In this document: one piece after another, positions 38,767 to 47,832 of the stretch
How positions within the stretch are numbered: the first letter of the stretch is position 1
How the letters are laid out: every line of letters starts with the position of its first letter
Source of the DNA: Rhizobiaceae bacterium
Lineage (GTDB): Bacteria > Pseudomonadota > Alphaproteobacteria > Rhizobiales > Rhizobiaceae
Direction of reading: 5' to 3'
DNA: 64,000 nt
Assembly (NCBI GenBank): GCA_041397625.1
Contig: JAWKWH010000005.1
Span: 86,271-150,270 of the forward strand
The notes under the pieces: generated by a model
Told to the model about the DNA's origin: nothing
Database searches by the model: none
The model's input: the letters and a program-made list of their open reading frames with translations, nothing else
Position numbers and translations under genes: made by a program

Positions 38767-39558
38767 CTAGTCGGGGGATTGAAGACCGCGCCTTGCCTTT
38801 TGAGCGCTGCTACCGGTTCTCCGATTTCTTGACGATTTCTCTTTTCCCGCAGGACGCGCGACTTCCTCCGCCTTGCGCGCGCTTTCCTGCATCATGGTCG
38901 TTTCGAGTTCGCACAGCAGACCGGAATTCAGCCGTGCCGCCCTTTCGCCGTCGCCACGTTCCAGCGCCTCGATCGTTGCGAAATGGGTCGGCGTGCCGTG
39001 GAACTTCGACGTGCCGCCGACCCGCTCGGGCGAGAGCAACGGCTGGCAGTTCATCAGGTCTTCAAGGAAGCGGGTCAGCGGTGCGTTGCCGGCAAGCCGC
39101 GACATCGCCAGGTGGAAACTGCGCGACAGGCGATAGGCATCTTCGACGCGCCCCTTTTCATAGGCGCGATCCTCGGCTTCGACGATATCGCGCAGTTCTC
39201 CAAGCCCGGCCTCGTCGATCGTGGCGGCGAGCTTGCGCAACGCCATCTCCTCGACCGCCCGGCGCGCCTCGAACATTTGGCCGGCCTCGTCGGCATCAGG
39301 CTGGATAATCAGCGCGCCGCGGTTCTGGCTGAGTTCCACAAGCCCCATGCCGGCGAGCCGCACAAGCGCGTTGCGGATAGCCATGCGGCCGGCGCCGGTC
39401 GCTTCCGACAACTCGCGTTCGATAAGCCTGTCGCCGGCCTTCAGGCGAAACGCGTTGACCGCATCGACCACGCTATTGATCACACGCCCCTCGGCCTCAC
39501 GTCCGCTGCGACGTGTCCCGTTGGGCAGATCAAGAGCTGGAAACACGGAAGGCTTCAT
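38767..39558 (-). CDS. GntR-family regulator with FCD (FadR/VanR-type) effector domain
   Basis: wHTH (ERELSEATGAGRMAIRNALVRL) plus an all-helical FCD domain. ATG 39558 (GTG 39561 possible). 40 nt upstream of the FAD-subunit gene. Confidence 0.85.
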   Translation of the reverse strand: MKPSVFPALDLPNGTRRSGREAEGRVINSVVDAVNAFRLKAGDRLIERELSEATGAGRMAIRNALVRLAGMGLVELSQNRGALIIQPDADEAGQMFEARRAVEEMALRKLAATIDEAGLGELRDIVEAEDRAYEKGRVEDAYRLSRSFHLAMSRLAGNAPLTRFLEDLMNCQPLLSPERVGGTSKFHGTPTHFATIEALERGDGERAARLNSGLLCELETTMMQESARKAEEVARPAGKEKSSRNRRTGSSAQKARRGLQSPD

Positions 39559-39569
39559 CACGGCCTCGG

Positions 39570-39581
39570 ATTGTTGACAAT
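39570..39581. promoter_or_regulatory. Operator O3 ATTGTTGACAAT
   Basis: Perfect palindrome 8-11 nt upstream of the GntR/FCD start codon, next to the GAGG ribosome-binding site. Confidence 0.7.
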
Positions 39582-39605
39582 TCGGAGTGTACCAGCATCC
39601 GCGAG

Positions 39606-39617
39606 ATTGTCAACAAT
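39606..39617. promoter_or_regulatory. Operator O4 ATTGTCAACAAT
   Basis: Perfect palindrome 24 bp from O3 in the opposite centre orientation. Lies in the pyrF-gntR intergenic gap. Confidence 0.7.
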
Positions 39618-39808
39618 TTGCTTTCGCATACCGCGACTTTGCCTGCGATGCGGGACCGTATTCCACCGGCAATAACCATGGAGGCTGTCGAAGAACGGCG
39701 GCCAAAGCTGGTTTCGACCGGATTTCAGCGGTTGTCCTGACTGCCGAACGCCGCCTGCCTGACCGGTACGGGAGTCATGCCGCTCCAAGCCCCTTGCGAA
39801 TACAGCCC

Positions 39809-40726
39809 CTAGTTCGCAGCGAGGTTCGGCGCGTCCCTTCCCTTCGTGGCGCCGGGCCACGCAAGCAGCTCTTTGTAGTGGGCCATTCTGTCCAGCAGAA
39901 TGGCGCGATACTCTTCCAGGTCGATGGTGCGGTCGCTGATGCGCGTCATGCCGCGCGATACCGGCACCAGAAGATCGCCGGCATGCGTGCCCTTCAATGC
40001 ATGAATGGTCGCGACTTCACCGCCCTGGGCGCCCATCCCCGGCGCCAGAATGATCGTGTTCGGCAATTGTCGACGGAGCCTCCGCGCTTCGCCCGCCGCA
40101 GTCGCGCCGACGACGGCGCCTATGGCACTGAGTCCACCTCCGCCATTGGCCGATTGTGCGATCATGTAGATCAGCTCGGCCAACCGGTCAGATACAGAGT
40201 GATTGCCCGCCATCTGGTCTTGTAGCCACGCCGCACCCGGATTGGACGTGCGGCAAAGAACCAGAATCCCCTTGCCGAACTGCCGGGCGGCATCGACGAA
40301 TGGCTCCAGCGTGTCGGGTCCCATCAGGGGGTTGACCGTCATGCAATCGACTTCGAAATCGCCACTACCGCCGGCCGACGCCGGTACCAGATAGGCGCGC
40401 GCATAGGCAGCCGACGTCGCGTCGATGTCACCGCGCTTGGCGTCGAGAATTACACCGATGCCGGCAGAGCGTGCCTGTCTTATCCCCTGGGAAAGGGCAG
40501 TCAGACCGGCCAGTCCGCAGGCTTCGAAATAGGCCGCCTGAAACTTCACGAACCCCACACGACCTTCGATCAGCGGAAGCAGAAAGTCGACAAACCGCGC
40601 GATCCACTGAGGATCGTCGCCAAATGCATGCGGCAGGTCAGGGCGATTGGGATCGATGCCGATGGTCAGCGGGCCGAATTCGCTGGCGTTTTGAGCGACC
40701 AGGTCCTGCCAGGGCATTCGGTTCAT
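39809..40726 (-). CDS. pyrF: Orotidine 5'-phosphate decarboxylase, long type 2 form
   Basis: 305 aa. DAKRGDI active-site motif and type-2 architecture. Confidence 0.85.
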   Translation of the reverse strand: MNRMPWQDLVAQNASEFGPLTIGIDPNRPDLPHAFGDDPQWIARFVDFLLPLIEGRVGFVKFQAAYFEACGLAGLTALSQGIRQARSAGIGVILDAKRGDIDATSAAYARAYLVPASAGGSGDFEVDCMTVNPLMGPDTLEPFVDAARQFGKGILVLCRTSNPGAAWLQDQMAGNHSVSDRLAELIYMIAQSANGGGGLSAIGAVVGATAAGEARRLRRQLPNTIILAPGMGAQGGEVATIHALKGTHAGDLLVPVSRGMTRISDRTIDLEEYRAILLDRMAHYKELLAWPGATKGRDAPNLAAN

Positions 40727-40746
40727 CGGCTTGTTCTCCGCTGTGC

Positions 40747-41082
40747 TCAGTTCGATCCGTCGGTTCTGTGCGTATCCGCCAGCCGGCGCGCAGCCTCGTT
40801 CATGGCGTCCAGCTTCGCCTCCGCCGAGCCGCCGGCAAAGGCATTGCCCAGAAGCGTGACCATGCCGGTTATGTGATTGAACTCTTCGGCCGCTTCCTCG
40901 ACCGTCAGCGGTTGGTCGTCATAGGATTCGACGAAACGCTGGGCCGCATAGGAAATGAGAAGCAGGGCCGCCGAATTGTCGGGTTCCTTGGCAATTCGCG
41001 CACGCGCGGCGCGCGCGCAGGCATCATAGGCGCGGACGCCGCCTCCCGCGTCACTAATGGCCTTTACCAGCGAATCAAACAT
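40747..41082 (-). CDS. Hypothetical acidic helical protein (111 aa) between pyrE and pyrF
   Basis: ORF 40747..41091, ATG at 41082. Gaps of 18-20 nt to both neighbours. No recognisable motif. Confidence 0.55.
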   Translation of the reverse strand: MFDSLVKAISDAGGGVRAYDACARAARARIAKEPDNSAALLLISYAAQRFVESYDDQPLTVEEAAEEFNHITGMVTLLGNAFAGGSAEAKLDAMNEAARRLADTHRTDGSN

Positions 41083-41100
41083 AACGCGCACTCCTTGGAA

Positions 41101-41796
41101 TCATCGTGCCAACTCGGATATTCCGCCGTGATTTGCGGACCATGCGACCGGGCCGTTCAGAAACAGCTCCACCTCGGCGATCGTGGCGGTCGGAAAACGG
41201 TTCTCGTCCTTGCAAACCTTCAAAATGTCCCACCAGGTCGCGAGGTAATGCAGCCGCATGCCGGCCGCGGCGAGCTTCTCCGGCGTGTCCGGAAAGATGT
41301 CGTAATAGAAGACGGCGAACGTGTCGGTCACGCGCGCGCCGGTGCGCGCGATCGCCTCGGCAAATTTGAGTTTGCTGCCGCCGTCGGTCGTCAGATCCTC
41401 GACCAGCAGGACGCGCGCGCCTTCCGCCAGGGCGCCCTCGATCTGCGCATCGCGGCCGAACCCCTTCGGCTTCTTGCGAACGTATTGCATGGGCAACCCG
41501 AGCCGGTCCGCCAGCCATGCGGCAAACGGAATACCCGCGGTCTCGCCGCCGGCGACGGCATCGAACTGCTCGAAACCGACATTGCGGAAGATGATCGAGG
41601 CGCCGAAGTCCATCAACGCGGAGCGGATGCGCGGATAGGAAATGAGTTTGCGGCAATCGATATAGACAGGACTTGCGAGACCGGAGGTGAATGTGAACGG
41701 CTGATCGGCCCGGAAATGGACGGCGTTTATCTCCAACAGCATTTTCGCCACCGTCTCGGAAATCACTGCGCGATCTGGAAAAGTGTTTGAAAACAT
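41101..41796 (-). CDS. pyrE: Orotate phosphoribosyltransferase
   Basis: ORF trimmed to ATG 41796 (AGGAAG upstream). Alphaproteobacterial-type PyrE ([18 protein letters not shown] motif [13 protein letters not shown]). Confidence 0.9.
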   Translation of the reverse strand: MFSNTFPDRAVISETVAKMLLEINAVHFRADQPFTFTSGLASPVYIDCRKLISYPRIRSALMDFGASIIFRNVGFEQFDAVAGGETAGIPFAAWLADRLGLPMQYVRKKPKGFGRDAQIEGALAEGARVLLVEDLTTDGGSKLKFAEAIARTGARVTDTFAVFYYDIFPDTPEKLAAAGMRLHYLATWWDILKVCKDENRFPTATIAEVELFLNGPVAWSANHGGISELAR

Positions 41797-41858
41797 GGCT
41801 GCTTCCTGCTGGTTGACCGTCACCCTCTCGCTAACAACATTGCCGCGGACTAGCCAGA

Positions 41859-42899
41859 CTACTCCCCGATATTCCAGTGGATAGGAAACCCCGGGTCGAA
41901 CACCGTGACCGGCCCCTCCGCCGTCTCGATCTTCTCGGGGAACGAAATCGGCGCATCGAGCCGGGTGAGCGTGACGCGGGCTTCATTCGCCGGCAGGCGG
42001 TAGAAGGCCGGTCCGTTCAGCGAGGCGAAGGCTTCCAGTCGGTCGAGCGCGCCTTCCTCCTCAAAAACGTGGGCCAGCAACGGCATGGTGTTGATCGCCG
42101 TGAAAATGCCCGCACATCCGCAGGCACATTCCTTCAGAGGGTCAAGATGCGGAGCCGAGTCGGTGCCGAGGAAGAAGCGCGTGTCGTCCGAAGTCGCTGC
42201 CTCGCGCAGGGCGAGGCGATGGTGCTCGCGCTTGGCAACCGGCAGGCAGTAATAGTGCGGCCGGATACCGCCGACCAGGATGGCATTGCGGTTGATGATG
42301 AGATGATGCGTGGTGATGGTGGCCGCCTGGTTGTGGTCCAGCGAGCGGACATAATCGACGCCATTCTTCGTGGTCACATGTTCCATGACAACGCGCATTT
42401 CGGGCAGCCGGCGCCGCAGCGGATCGAGTACGCGTTCGATGAACACGGCCTCGCGGTCGAATATGTCGATGTCCGGATCGGTCACTTCGCCGTGCACGCA
42501 GAGCGGCATGCCGATTTCCGCCATCTTCTCCAGCACCGGCATGGCCTTCTCGATGTCGCGCACGCCGCTCTGGGAGTTTGTGGTGGCGCCGGCCGGATAG
42601 TGCTTGACGGCGGTGACCAAACCGTCGCGGAAGCCGGCCTCGACGTCGGCCGGCTCCGTGGCCTCGGTGAGATAGAGGGTCATCAGCGGCGTGAAGTCAT
42701 GGCCTGCCGGCAGCGCCTCGAGGATGCGTTTCCGGTAGGCCGCCGCATCGCTCGTCGTTGCCACAGGCGGCACCAGGTTGGGCATGACGATGGCGCGGGC
42801 GAAATCGGCCGAACTGTATGGCAGCACCGCCTTCAACATCGCTCCGTCGCGCAGATGCAGGTGCCAGTCGTCCGGTCGTCTGATCGTCAGTGTGGTCAT
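41859..42899 (-). CDS. pyrC: Dihydroorotase (E. coli-type class II)
   Basis: Near end-to-end resemblance to E. coli PyrC ([34 protein letters not shown]). Confidence 0.92.
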   Translation of the reverse strand: MTTLTIRRPDDWHLHLRDGAMLKAVLPYSSADFARAIVMPNLVPPVATTSDAAAYRKRILEALPAGHDFTPLMTLYLTEATEPADVEAGFRDGLVTAVKHYPAGATTNSQSGVRDIEKAMPVLEKMAEIGMPLCVHGEVTDPDIDIFDREAVFIERVLDPLRRRLPEMRVVMEHVTTKNGVDYVRSLDHNQAATITTHHLIINRNAILVGGIRPHYYCLPVAKREHHRLALREAATSDDTRFFLGTDSAPHLDPLKECACGCAGIFTAINTMPLLAHVFEEEGALDRLEAFASLNGPAFYRLPANEARVTLTRLDAPISFPEKIETAEGPVTVFDPGFPIHWNIGE

Positions 42900-44179
42900 T
42901 ATCCAACCTTCAGGAATTGGTGGACGATATCCGTCGCGGCGATGAAATCGGAAAAGTCCATCGCCTCCAGGGGATTGTGCGAACCGTTCCGGTTGCGCAC
43001 GAACACCATCGCCGAGGGCACGCCCGCGGTAGCGAAGACCGCCGCGTCATGACCGCCGCCGCTGGGCATTACAAACGGTTCCTGCCCGACTTCTTTCATC
43101 GCGACTTCCAGTTGGCGGACCAGTGCGGCATCGCACAGCGCCGGCGCAGTATAGAGTTCTTCGTCAAATTTGAACTCGACCTTCCGGTCCCGCTCCACTT
43201 GCCGCATTTCGGCTTCCAGCAGCGCGCGCATTTCGTCAAGCGTTTCGGCGCTCTGGCTGCGGATATCGAGGCTGAACGAGATCTCGTCTGGAATGCGCGA
43301 CATGGCGTGCTTGTCGGGGTCTGTGCCGACGATGCCGCTGGTCAGGACCAGGTCGTCGCCCTTGTTCAGGATTGTCGACCAGCTCTCGTCCAGCCGCACG
43401 AGCAGATCGGCCATCGCCAGAACCGGGTCGCGCCGGAACGCCCGCGGCACGGCGCCCGAATGCCCTGCCTCGCCGATGCAATGAATGTCGCGATGCCGTA
43501 TGTTGCCGCGAATGCCGGAAACGATGGCCGCCGGAATGTTCTTTCCGATCAGCAGCGGCCCCTGCTCGATATGCAATTCCAGATAGGCCTCGATCTGCCC
43601 GAGGTCGATCAGCGGGCGTCCGTGGCGCACCTCGTCCATCGGGATGCCGACACCGGCCATATGCTCGCCGAGCGTGCGCCCGTCGCCCCTGTGCTTTGCC
43701 GCCAGTTCCTCGGGCGACAGGCTGCCGGTCAGCGCTTTGGAGCCCGTGTAGCAGGGTCCGAACCAGGCGCTCTCCTCGCCGCGCATTGCCAGCACATGGA
43801 AGGGCCGGACGGTCGCCGCGCCGTCTCGTTTGGCCCTGGCCAGGCAGACGAGGCCCGCCACCACACCGGCAAGTCCGTCGAAATTACCCCCGAAGGGAAC
43901 GCTGTCAACATGCGAACCGACGACTGTGAAGGTCTTCGAGTCCCGATGCTCGGGAAGTGAGAAGTTGGCGTTGCAACCGGCATCATGCCAGACATCGATG
44001 CCCTGAGAACGGGCAAATCCCTCGAGCAGCTTCAGCGTCGCCGTCTCGATCTCGGAGAACGCCGGACGACTGACGCCCTCGACATCCGCCGTCTGCGAGC
44101 CGATCCCGTCGAACAACAGCCGCGCGATGCCGAGATCGTCGATGTTGCCGTCGGCAACGATTTGCGTCAGCGCGCTCAC
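42899..44179 (-). CDS. M20-family N-carbamoyl-L-amino-acid amidohydrolase (AmaB/HyuC/AllC family); candidate N-carbamoyl-L-aspartate hydrolase
   Basis: [26 protein letters not shown] and GEAGHSG motifs. GTG start overlaps the pyrD stop (GTGA). Stop overlaps the pyrC start (TAATG). Confidence 0.85.
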   Translation of the reverse strand: MSALTQIVADGNIDDLGIARLLFDGIGSQTADVEGVSRPAFSEIETATLKLLEGFARSQGIDVWHDAGCNANFSLPEHRDSKTFTVVGSHVDSVPFGGNFDGLAGVVAGLVCLARAKRDGAATVRPFHVLAMRGEESAWFGPCYTGSKALTGSLSPEELAAKHRGDGRTLGEHMAGVGIPMDEVRHGRPLIDLGQIEAYLELHIEQGPLLIGKNIPAAIVSGIRGNIRHRDIHCIGEAGHSGAVPRAFRRDPVLAMADLLVRLDESWSTILNKGDDLVLTSGIVGTDPDKHAMSRIPDEISFSLDIRSQSAETLDEMRALLEAEMRQVERDRKVEFKFDEELYTAPALCDAALVRQLEVAMKEVGQEPFVMPSGGGHDAAVFATAGVPSAMVFVRNRNGSHNPLEAMDFSDFIAATDIVHQFLKVG

Positions 44180-45120
44180 GGTGCGGCTTCCATGAAAACG
44201 ACGCTCGGCCGCTGCTCACCGTCGACAACGGTCCCGATCAGATCGCGAACCGAGGCGATCCCCTCGCCTTCCAGATGGCGCCGGAGATCGGAGATGATGG
44301 TTACCATGGCTTTCGGGTCGACGAAGGTGGCGGTGCCTACCTGCACGGCCGACGCACCGGCGATGAGGAACTCCAGAACATCGTCGCTGCCGGAGATGCC
44401 GCCGCAGCCGATCACCGGGATGCGCGTTGCCTTCGCGCACTGGTAGGCCATACGAAGCGCTATCGGCTTGAGCGAAGGGCCGGAAAGCCCGCCCATCAGA
44501 TTGCCGAGCTTGGGACGCCTGGTCGTGATGTCGATCGCCATCGCAAGCAGGGTGTTGGCCACGACGAGGGCATCGGCGCCTCCCTCTTCCGCCGCCCTGG
44601 CCACCTCCGGCGTCTCCCCCGTATTGGGCGTAAGCTTCGCCCACAACGGCAGGTGAGTCGCATTCCTGAGCCGGCGCATCACCTCATAGGTCGAGGATGG
44701 CCGGATGGCGAACGCCTTGCCGTCCTCCTCGATGTTGGGGCACGACACATTGACCTCGATGGCCGCAACGCCGTCGACCGTAACCTCGGCGCAAAGCGCC
44801 GCGAACTCGTCGACCGTGTTGCCGGAAATACTGACCACGAGCGGCGTCCGATAGGAACGGTAGAGCGGCACCGTCTTGTCGAGAAAGCTCTTCACGCCCT
44901 TGCTCGGAATACCGATCGAGTTGAGCATGGAGCCGCCGACTTCGCACACGCGGGGCGTCGGATTGCCGCTGCGATAGTCCCGCGTGATCGTCTTGGTCAC
45001 GTGGGCACCCAGGCACTCGATGTCGAACACCTCGGCCAATTCTTCGGAAAACGTGCCGGAGGCCGGCATGATCGGATTCTCAAGGCGCAACCCGGCGATA
45101 TCGACGGACAGGTCTACCAC
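44176..45120 (-). CDS. pyrD: Dihydroorotate dehydrogenase class 1B catalytic subunit
   Basis: ORF 44176..45783 trimmed to GTG 45120 (overlaps the pyrK stop, GTGGTAG). Class-1 catalytic-Cys motif NVSCPN; IPVIGCGGI. Confidence 0.88.
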   Translation of the reverse strand: MVDLSVDIAGLRLENPIMPASGTFSEELAEVFDIECLGAHVTKTITRDYRSGNPTPRVCEVGGSMLNSIGIPSKGVKSFLDKTVPLYRSYRTPLVVSISGNTVDEFAALCAEVTVDGVAAIEVNVSCPNIEEDGKAFAIRPSSTYEVMRRLRNATHLPLWAKLTPNTGETPEVARAAEEGGADALVVANTLLAMAIDITTRRPKLGNLMGGLSGPSLKPIALRMAYQCAKATRIPVIGCGGISGSDDVLEFLIAGASAVQVGTATFVDPKAMVTIISDLRRHLEGEGIASVRDLIGTVVDGEQRPSVVFMEAAP

Positions 45121-45962
45121 GGCATCGCCTCCTGAACATCGAAGACGGGACCTTCGCGGCAGACCCGCAACTGAACGCGCTCGCCCGCCCGCATGAACGG
45201 CCGAACGCAGCAGTGACACATGCCGAGCCCGCATGCCATTTGCTGCTCGAGAGCGATCTGTCCCGGAATTCCGTGGCGCCTGCCGAGCGTCTGGAGCAAG
45301 GTGAGCATGCGGTTCGATCCGCAGGTATAGAAGGCGTCGACGCCCGGCGCGGCAACGAGGCCTTCGATCACCGTTTCCAGGTGCTGCATGCCGGAGGTGC
45401 GCTCCGAATCGGTGACGGTTACGACCTCGGCGCCCATCTCGCGGATATAGTCGATGGACATGAGCAGGTCCGGGGTCCGCGCGCTGCAGATCGCGGTGAG
45501 CCGTTTTCCGCTGTTGCGTGCTTCGAGCGCAAGAGGCGCCAAGGTAGCCAGACCCACGCCGCGCGCGACCAGAATCAGGTGCTGCCAGTCTTCCTCGATC
45601 CGAAACCCGATGCCGAGCGGACCGAGCACATTGAGCCGGTCGCCCGGAGCGAGCTGAAACAGCGCCCGCGTACCGGTCCCGGTCACCTTGTAGAGGAACT
45701 GAAGTTCGCCGCTTTCGGGAAGGAAAGAGTAGATGCTCATCGGCCGTCGCAGATACGGCTTGTCGGCACCATTGGAAGGACACAGCAAGTGGAAGAACTG
45801 CCCCGCGTGGCAGCGATCGAGGAGTTCCGCCGATGCCGCAAGCGTCAGTTGCACGTATTCGCTGTTGACCGGCTTGTTGGACAGGACGGCGAGGTCGCCC
45901 TCAAACACCGTGTGTTCGGATGCGTTCGGGCCGGCAAGCGGTGGGGATGTCATGACGCCCAT
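45114..45962 (-). CDS. pyrK: Dihydroorotate dehydrogenase class 1B electron-transfer subunit (FAD, 2Fe-2S)
   Basis: Ferredoxin-reductase-type fold with C-terminal MACGLGMCHCCV...VCREGPVF cluster motif. ATG 45962 overlaps the dctM stop (TGATG). Confidence 0.88.
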   Translation of the reverse strand: MGVMTSPPLAGPNASEHTVFEGDLAVLSNKPVNSEYVQLTLAASAELLDRCHAGQFFHLLCPSNGADKPYLRRPMSIYSFLPESGELQFLYKVTGTGTRALFQLAPGDRLNVLGPLGIGFRIEEDWQHLILVARGVGLATLAPLALEARNSGKRLTAICSARTPDLLMSIDYIREMGAEVVTVTDSERTSGMQHLETVIEGLVAAPGVDAFYTCGSNRMLTLLQTLGRRHGIPGQIALEQQMACGLGMCHCCVRPFMRAGERVQLRVCREGPVFDVQEAMPW

Positions 45963-47248
45963 CACCCAAACGCCAGGTTGGGAAGGAAGGTGGATATGGG
46001 CGGCACATAGGTAATGATTGCCAGCGCCACGAGGTTGGCCGCAACGAACGGCCAGATGCCCGAGATGATGGTCATGACCGGCTTGCCGAGGGTCGAGGCC
46101 GCCACGAAAAGGTCGAGCCCGAATGGCGGAGTGATCATTCCGACGGAGATATTGAGGGTCACGATCATGCCGAAATGAATGGGATCGATGCCCATTGCCG
46201 TCGCCACCGGATAGAGTGGCGGCACGAGGATGAGCAGGGCCGAATTCGGATCGATGAACATGCCGGCGATCAGGAAGGCGACGTTGACCACCAGCAGGAA
46301 CATCACCGGGCCGGCGTCGGCGGCCGAAAGAAATGCAAGTATGTGGTTGGGCACCTGCGCAAGCGTGATGAAGTAGGACAAGAGACCGCCGAGTGCGAGC
46401 AGCACGAAAATGATGGCCGTCGAGATGGCGGCCCGTTCAGTGATCCCGAACAACCCTCTCAAGGTAAGGGTCCTGAAAACCACGGCCTCGACGAAAATGG
46501 CATAGACCACGCTGGCGGCGGCGGCCTCGGTCGTCGTGAAGAAGCCGCTATAGATGCCCCCAAGGATGATCAGCGGCATACCCAGCGCCCAGGCCGCGTG
46601 GCGGATGGAGGCGAAACGCTCGCGCCAGCTTGTTTTCGCGCCGCCGCTGACGCCGCTGCGCCGCGCCTCCACCGCAACCAGAACGGCAAAGACGACGCCG
46701 AGAACCAGACCCACGGCAATGCCGGCCACGAACAGCCGCGCGACCGACGCGCCGGTCATCCAGCCATAGATGATCAGCGTTATCGACGGCGGAATGAGCA
46801 AAGCCGTCTCGGCGCTTGATGCGACGAGGCCGAGCGAAAACCTGTCGCGAAAGCCGGCCGAGGTCATTTCGGGGTAGACCATGCGGCCCATGGCGGCGAC
46901 GGTGGCCGGCGCCGAGCCCGAAACCGAGCCGAAAGCCATCGAGCCGCCGATGACCGTGTAGCCGATTCCGCCCCTGCGGTGGCCGACAAGGGACTGGACC
47001 AGGTCGGTCAGCCGCCGGGCAATCTGGCCGTCGCCCATCAGCTCCGCCGCAAGGATGAAGAAGGGAATCGCCAGAAGCGTGGAATGATTGATCCCGCCGA
47101 CGACTTTCTGGACGATGACCGGATCGGGCAGTGAACCGTAGAAGAACTGCTTGACCATGATGGCCGGAACGCCGAGCACGAGAAACATCTCGAACCCGCT
47201 GACCAGCAGCACTATGGCGATAGCTATGACAACCGCAAACAGGATCAT
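45962..47248 (-). CDS. dctM: TRAP transporter large permease
   Basis: ORF trimmed to ATG 47248 (ATGA overlap with dctQ). 428-aa DctM-family polytopic membrane protein. Confidence 0.9.
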   Translation of the reverse strand: MILFAVVIAIAIVLLVSGFEMFLVLGVPAIMVKQFFYGSLPDPVIVQKVVGGINHSTLLAIPFFILAAELMGDGQIARRLTDLVQSLVGHRRGGIGYTVIGGSMAFGSVSGSAPATVAAMGRMVYPEMTSAGFRDRFSLGLVASSAETALLIPPSITLIIYGWMTGASVARLFVAGIAVGLVLGVVFAVLVAVEARRSGVSGGAKTSWRERFASIRHAAWALGMPLIILGGIYSGFFTTTEAAAASVVYAIFVEAVVFRTLTLRGLFGITERAAISTAIIFVLLALGGLLSYFITLAQVPNHILAFLSAADAGPVMFLLVVNVAFLIAGMFIDPNSALLILVPPLYPVATAMGIDPIHFGMIVTLNISVGMITPPFGLDLFVAASTLGKPVMTIISGIWPFVAANLVALAIITYVPPISTFLPNLAFG

Positions 47249-47751
47249 GCCCCGCCCTCCCGGTTCTCCGAGAAACGATCGATGACGCCTGCGAAACTGA
47301 GTAGATAGCGCAGCGCAAGCAACGCAAAGCCGATGGTGGGAGCGACATAGATCCAGCCCATCGGAAAGCCGAGGGTCGGGCTGCGCTGGCCGGTGCCGAA
47401 AACGAAGACGGTCATCTCGCAGCCAATCCAAACCAGGTAGAGCGCCAGGACGAAGCCGACCGTGTCGATGATCTTGCGCAGCGGCAACCGCGTGGCCTCG
47501 GCGATGGCGTTGCGCCAGGTATCGACGGCGACATGGCGGCCGCGCTCGAGCGCCAGCCCCAGCGCCAGGAACACCAGATAGACGTTCATCAGGCGTACCG
47601 CTTCCTCGATCCATGCGAGGTCCGAGGCAAGGCTGCTACCGGAAGCGCGCACGACGACATTGATGAAGTACAGGCCGACCATGGTCAGGAAGATGAGAAC
47701 AAGCGAGAGGCGCTCGGCCGTGCGCAGTAATGAAAGCGCCTTCCGCATCAT
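47245..47751 (-). CDS. dctQ: TRAP transporter small permease
   Basis: Four-TM DctQ-family protein. Confidence 0.88.
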   Translation of the reverse strand: MMRKALSLLRTAERLSLVLIFLTMVGLYFINVVVRASGSSLASDLAWIEEAVRLMNVYLVFLALGLALERGRHVAVDTWRNAIAEATRLPLRKIIDTVGFVLALYLVWIGCEMTVFVFGTGQRSPTLGFPMGWIYVAPTIGFALLALRYLLSFAGVIDRFSENREGGA

Positions 47752-47832
47752 CCGCTCCCGTATCGCGTCTCGACAAGATCAGGTTCCCGCGCGGACATCG
47801 GCCCGAAAGCCGCGCCCGCGCGAATGCATCAC

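Noticed and set aside
44176-45783. 535-aa ORF suggesting an N-terminally extended PyrD
   Set aside because: The extension overlaps pyrK out of frame and is Arg/Pro-rich. GTG 45120 gives a canonical ~314-aa class-1B PyrD coupled to the pyrK stop. Similar trimming was applied to xdhC, xdhB, ubiD, amidohydrolase B, the Mo large and small subunits, dctM, ccoP and ccoO.
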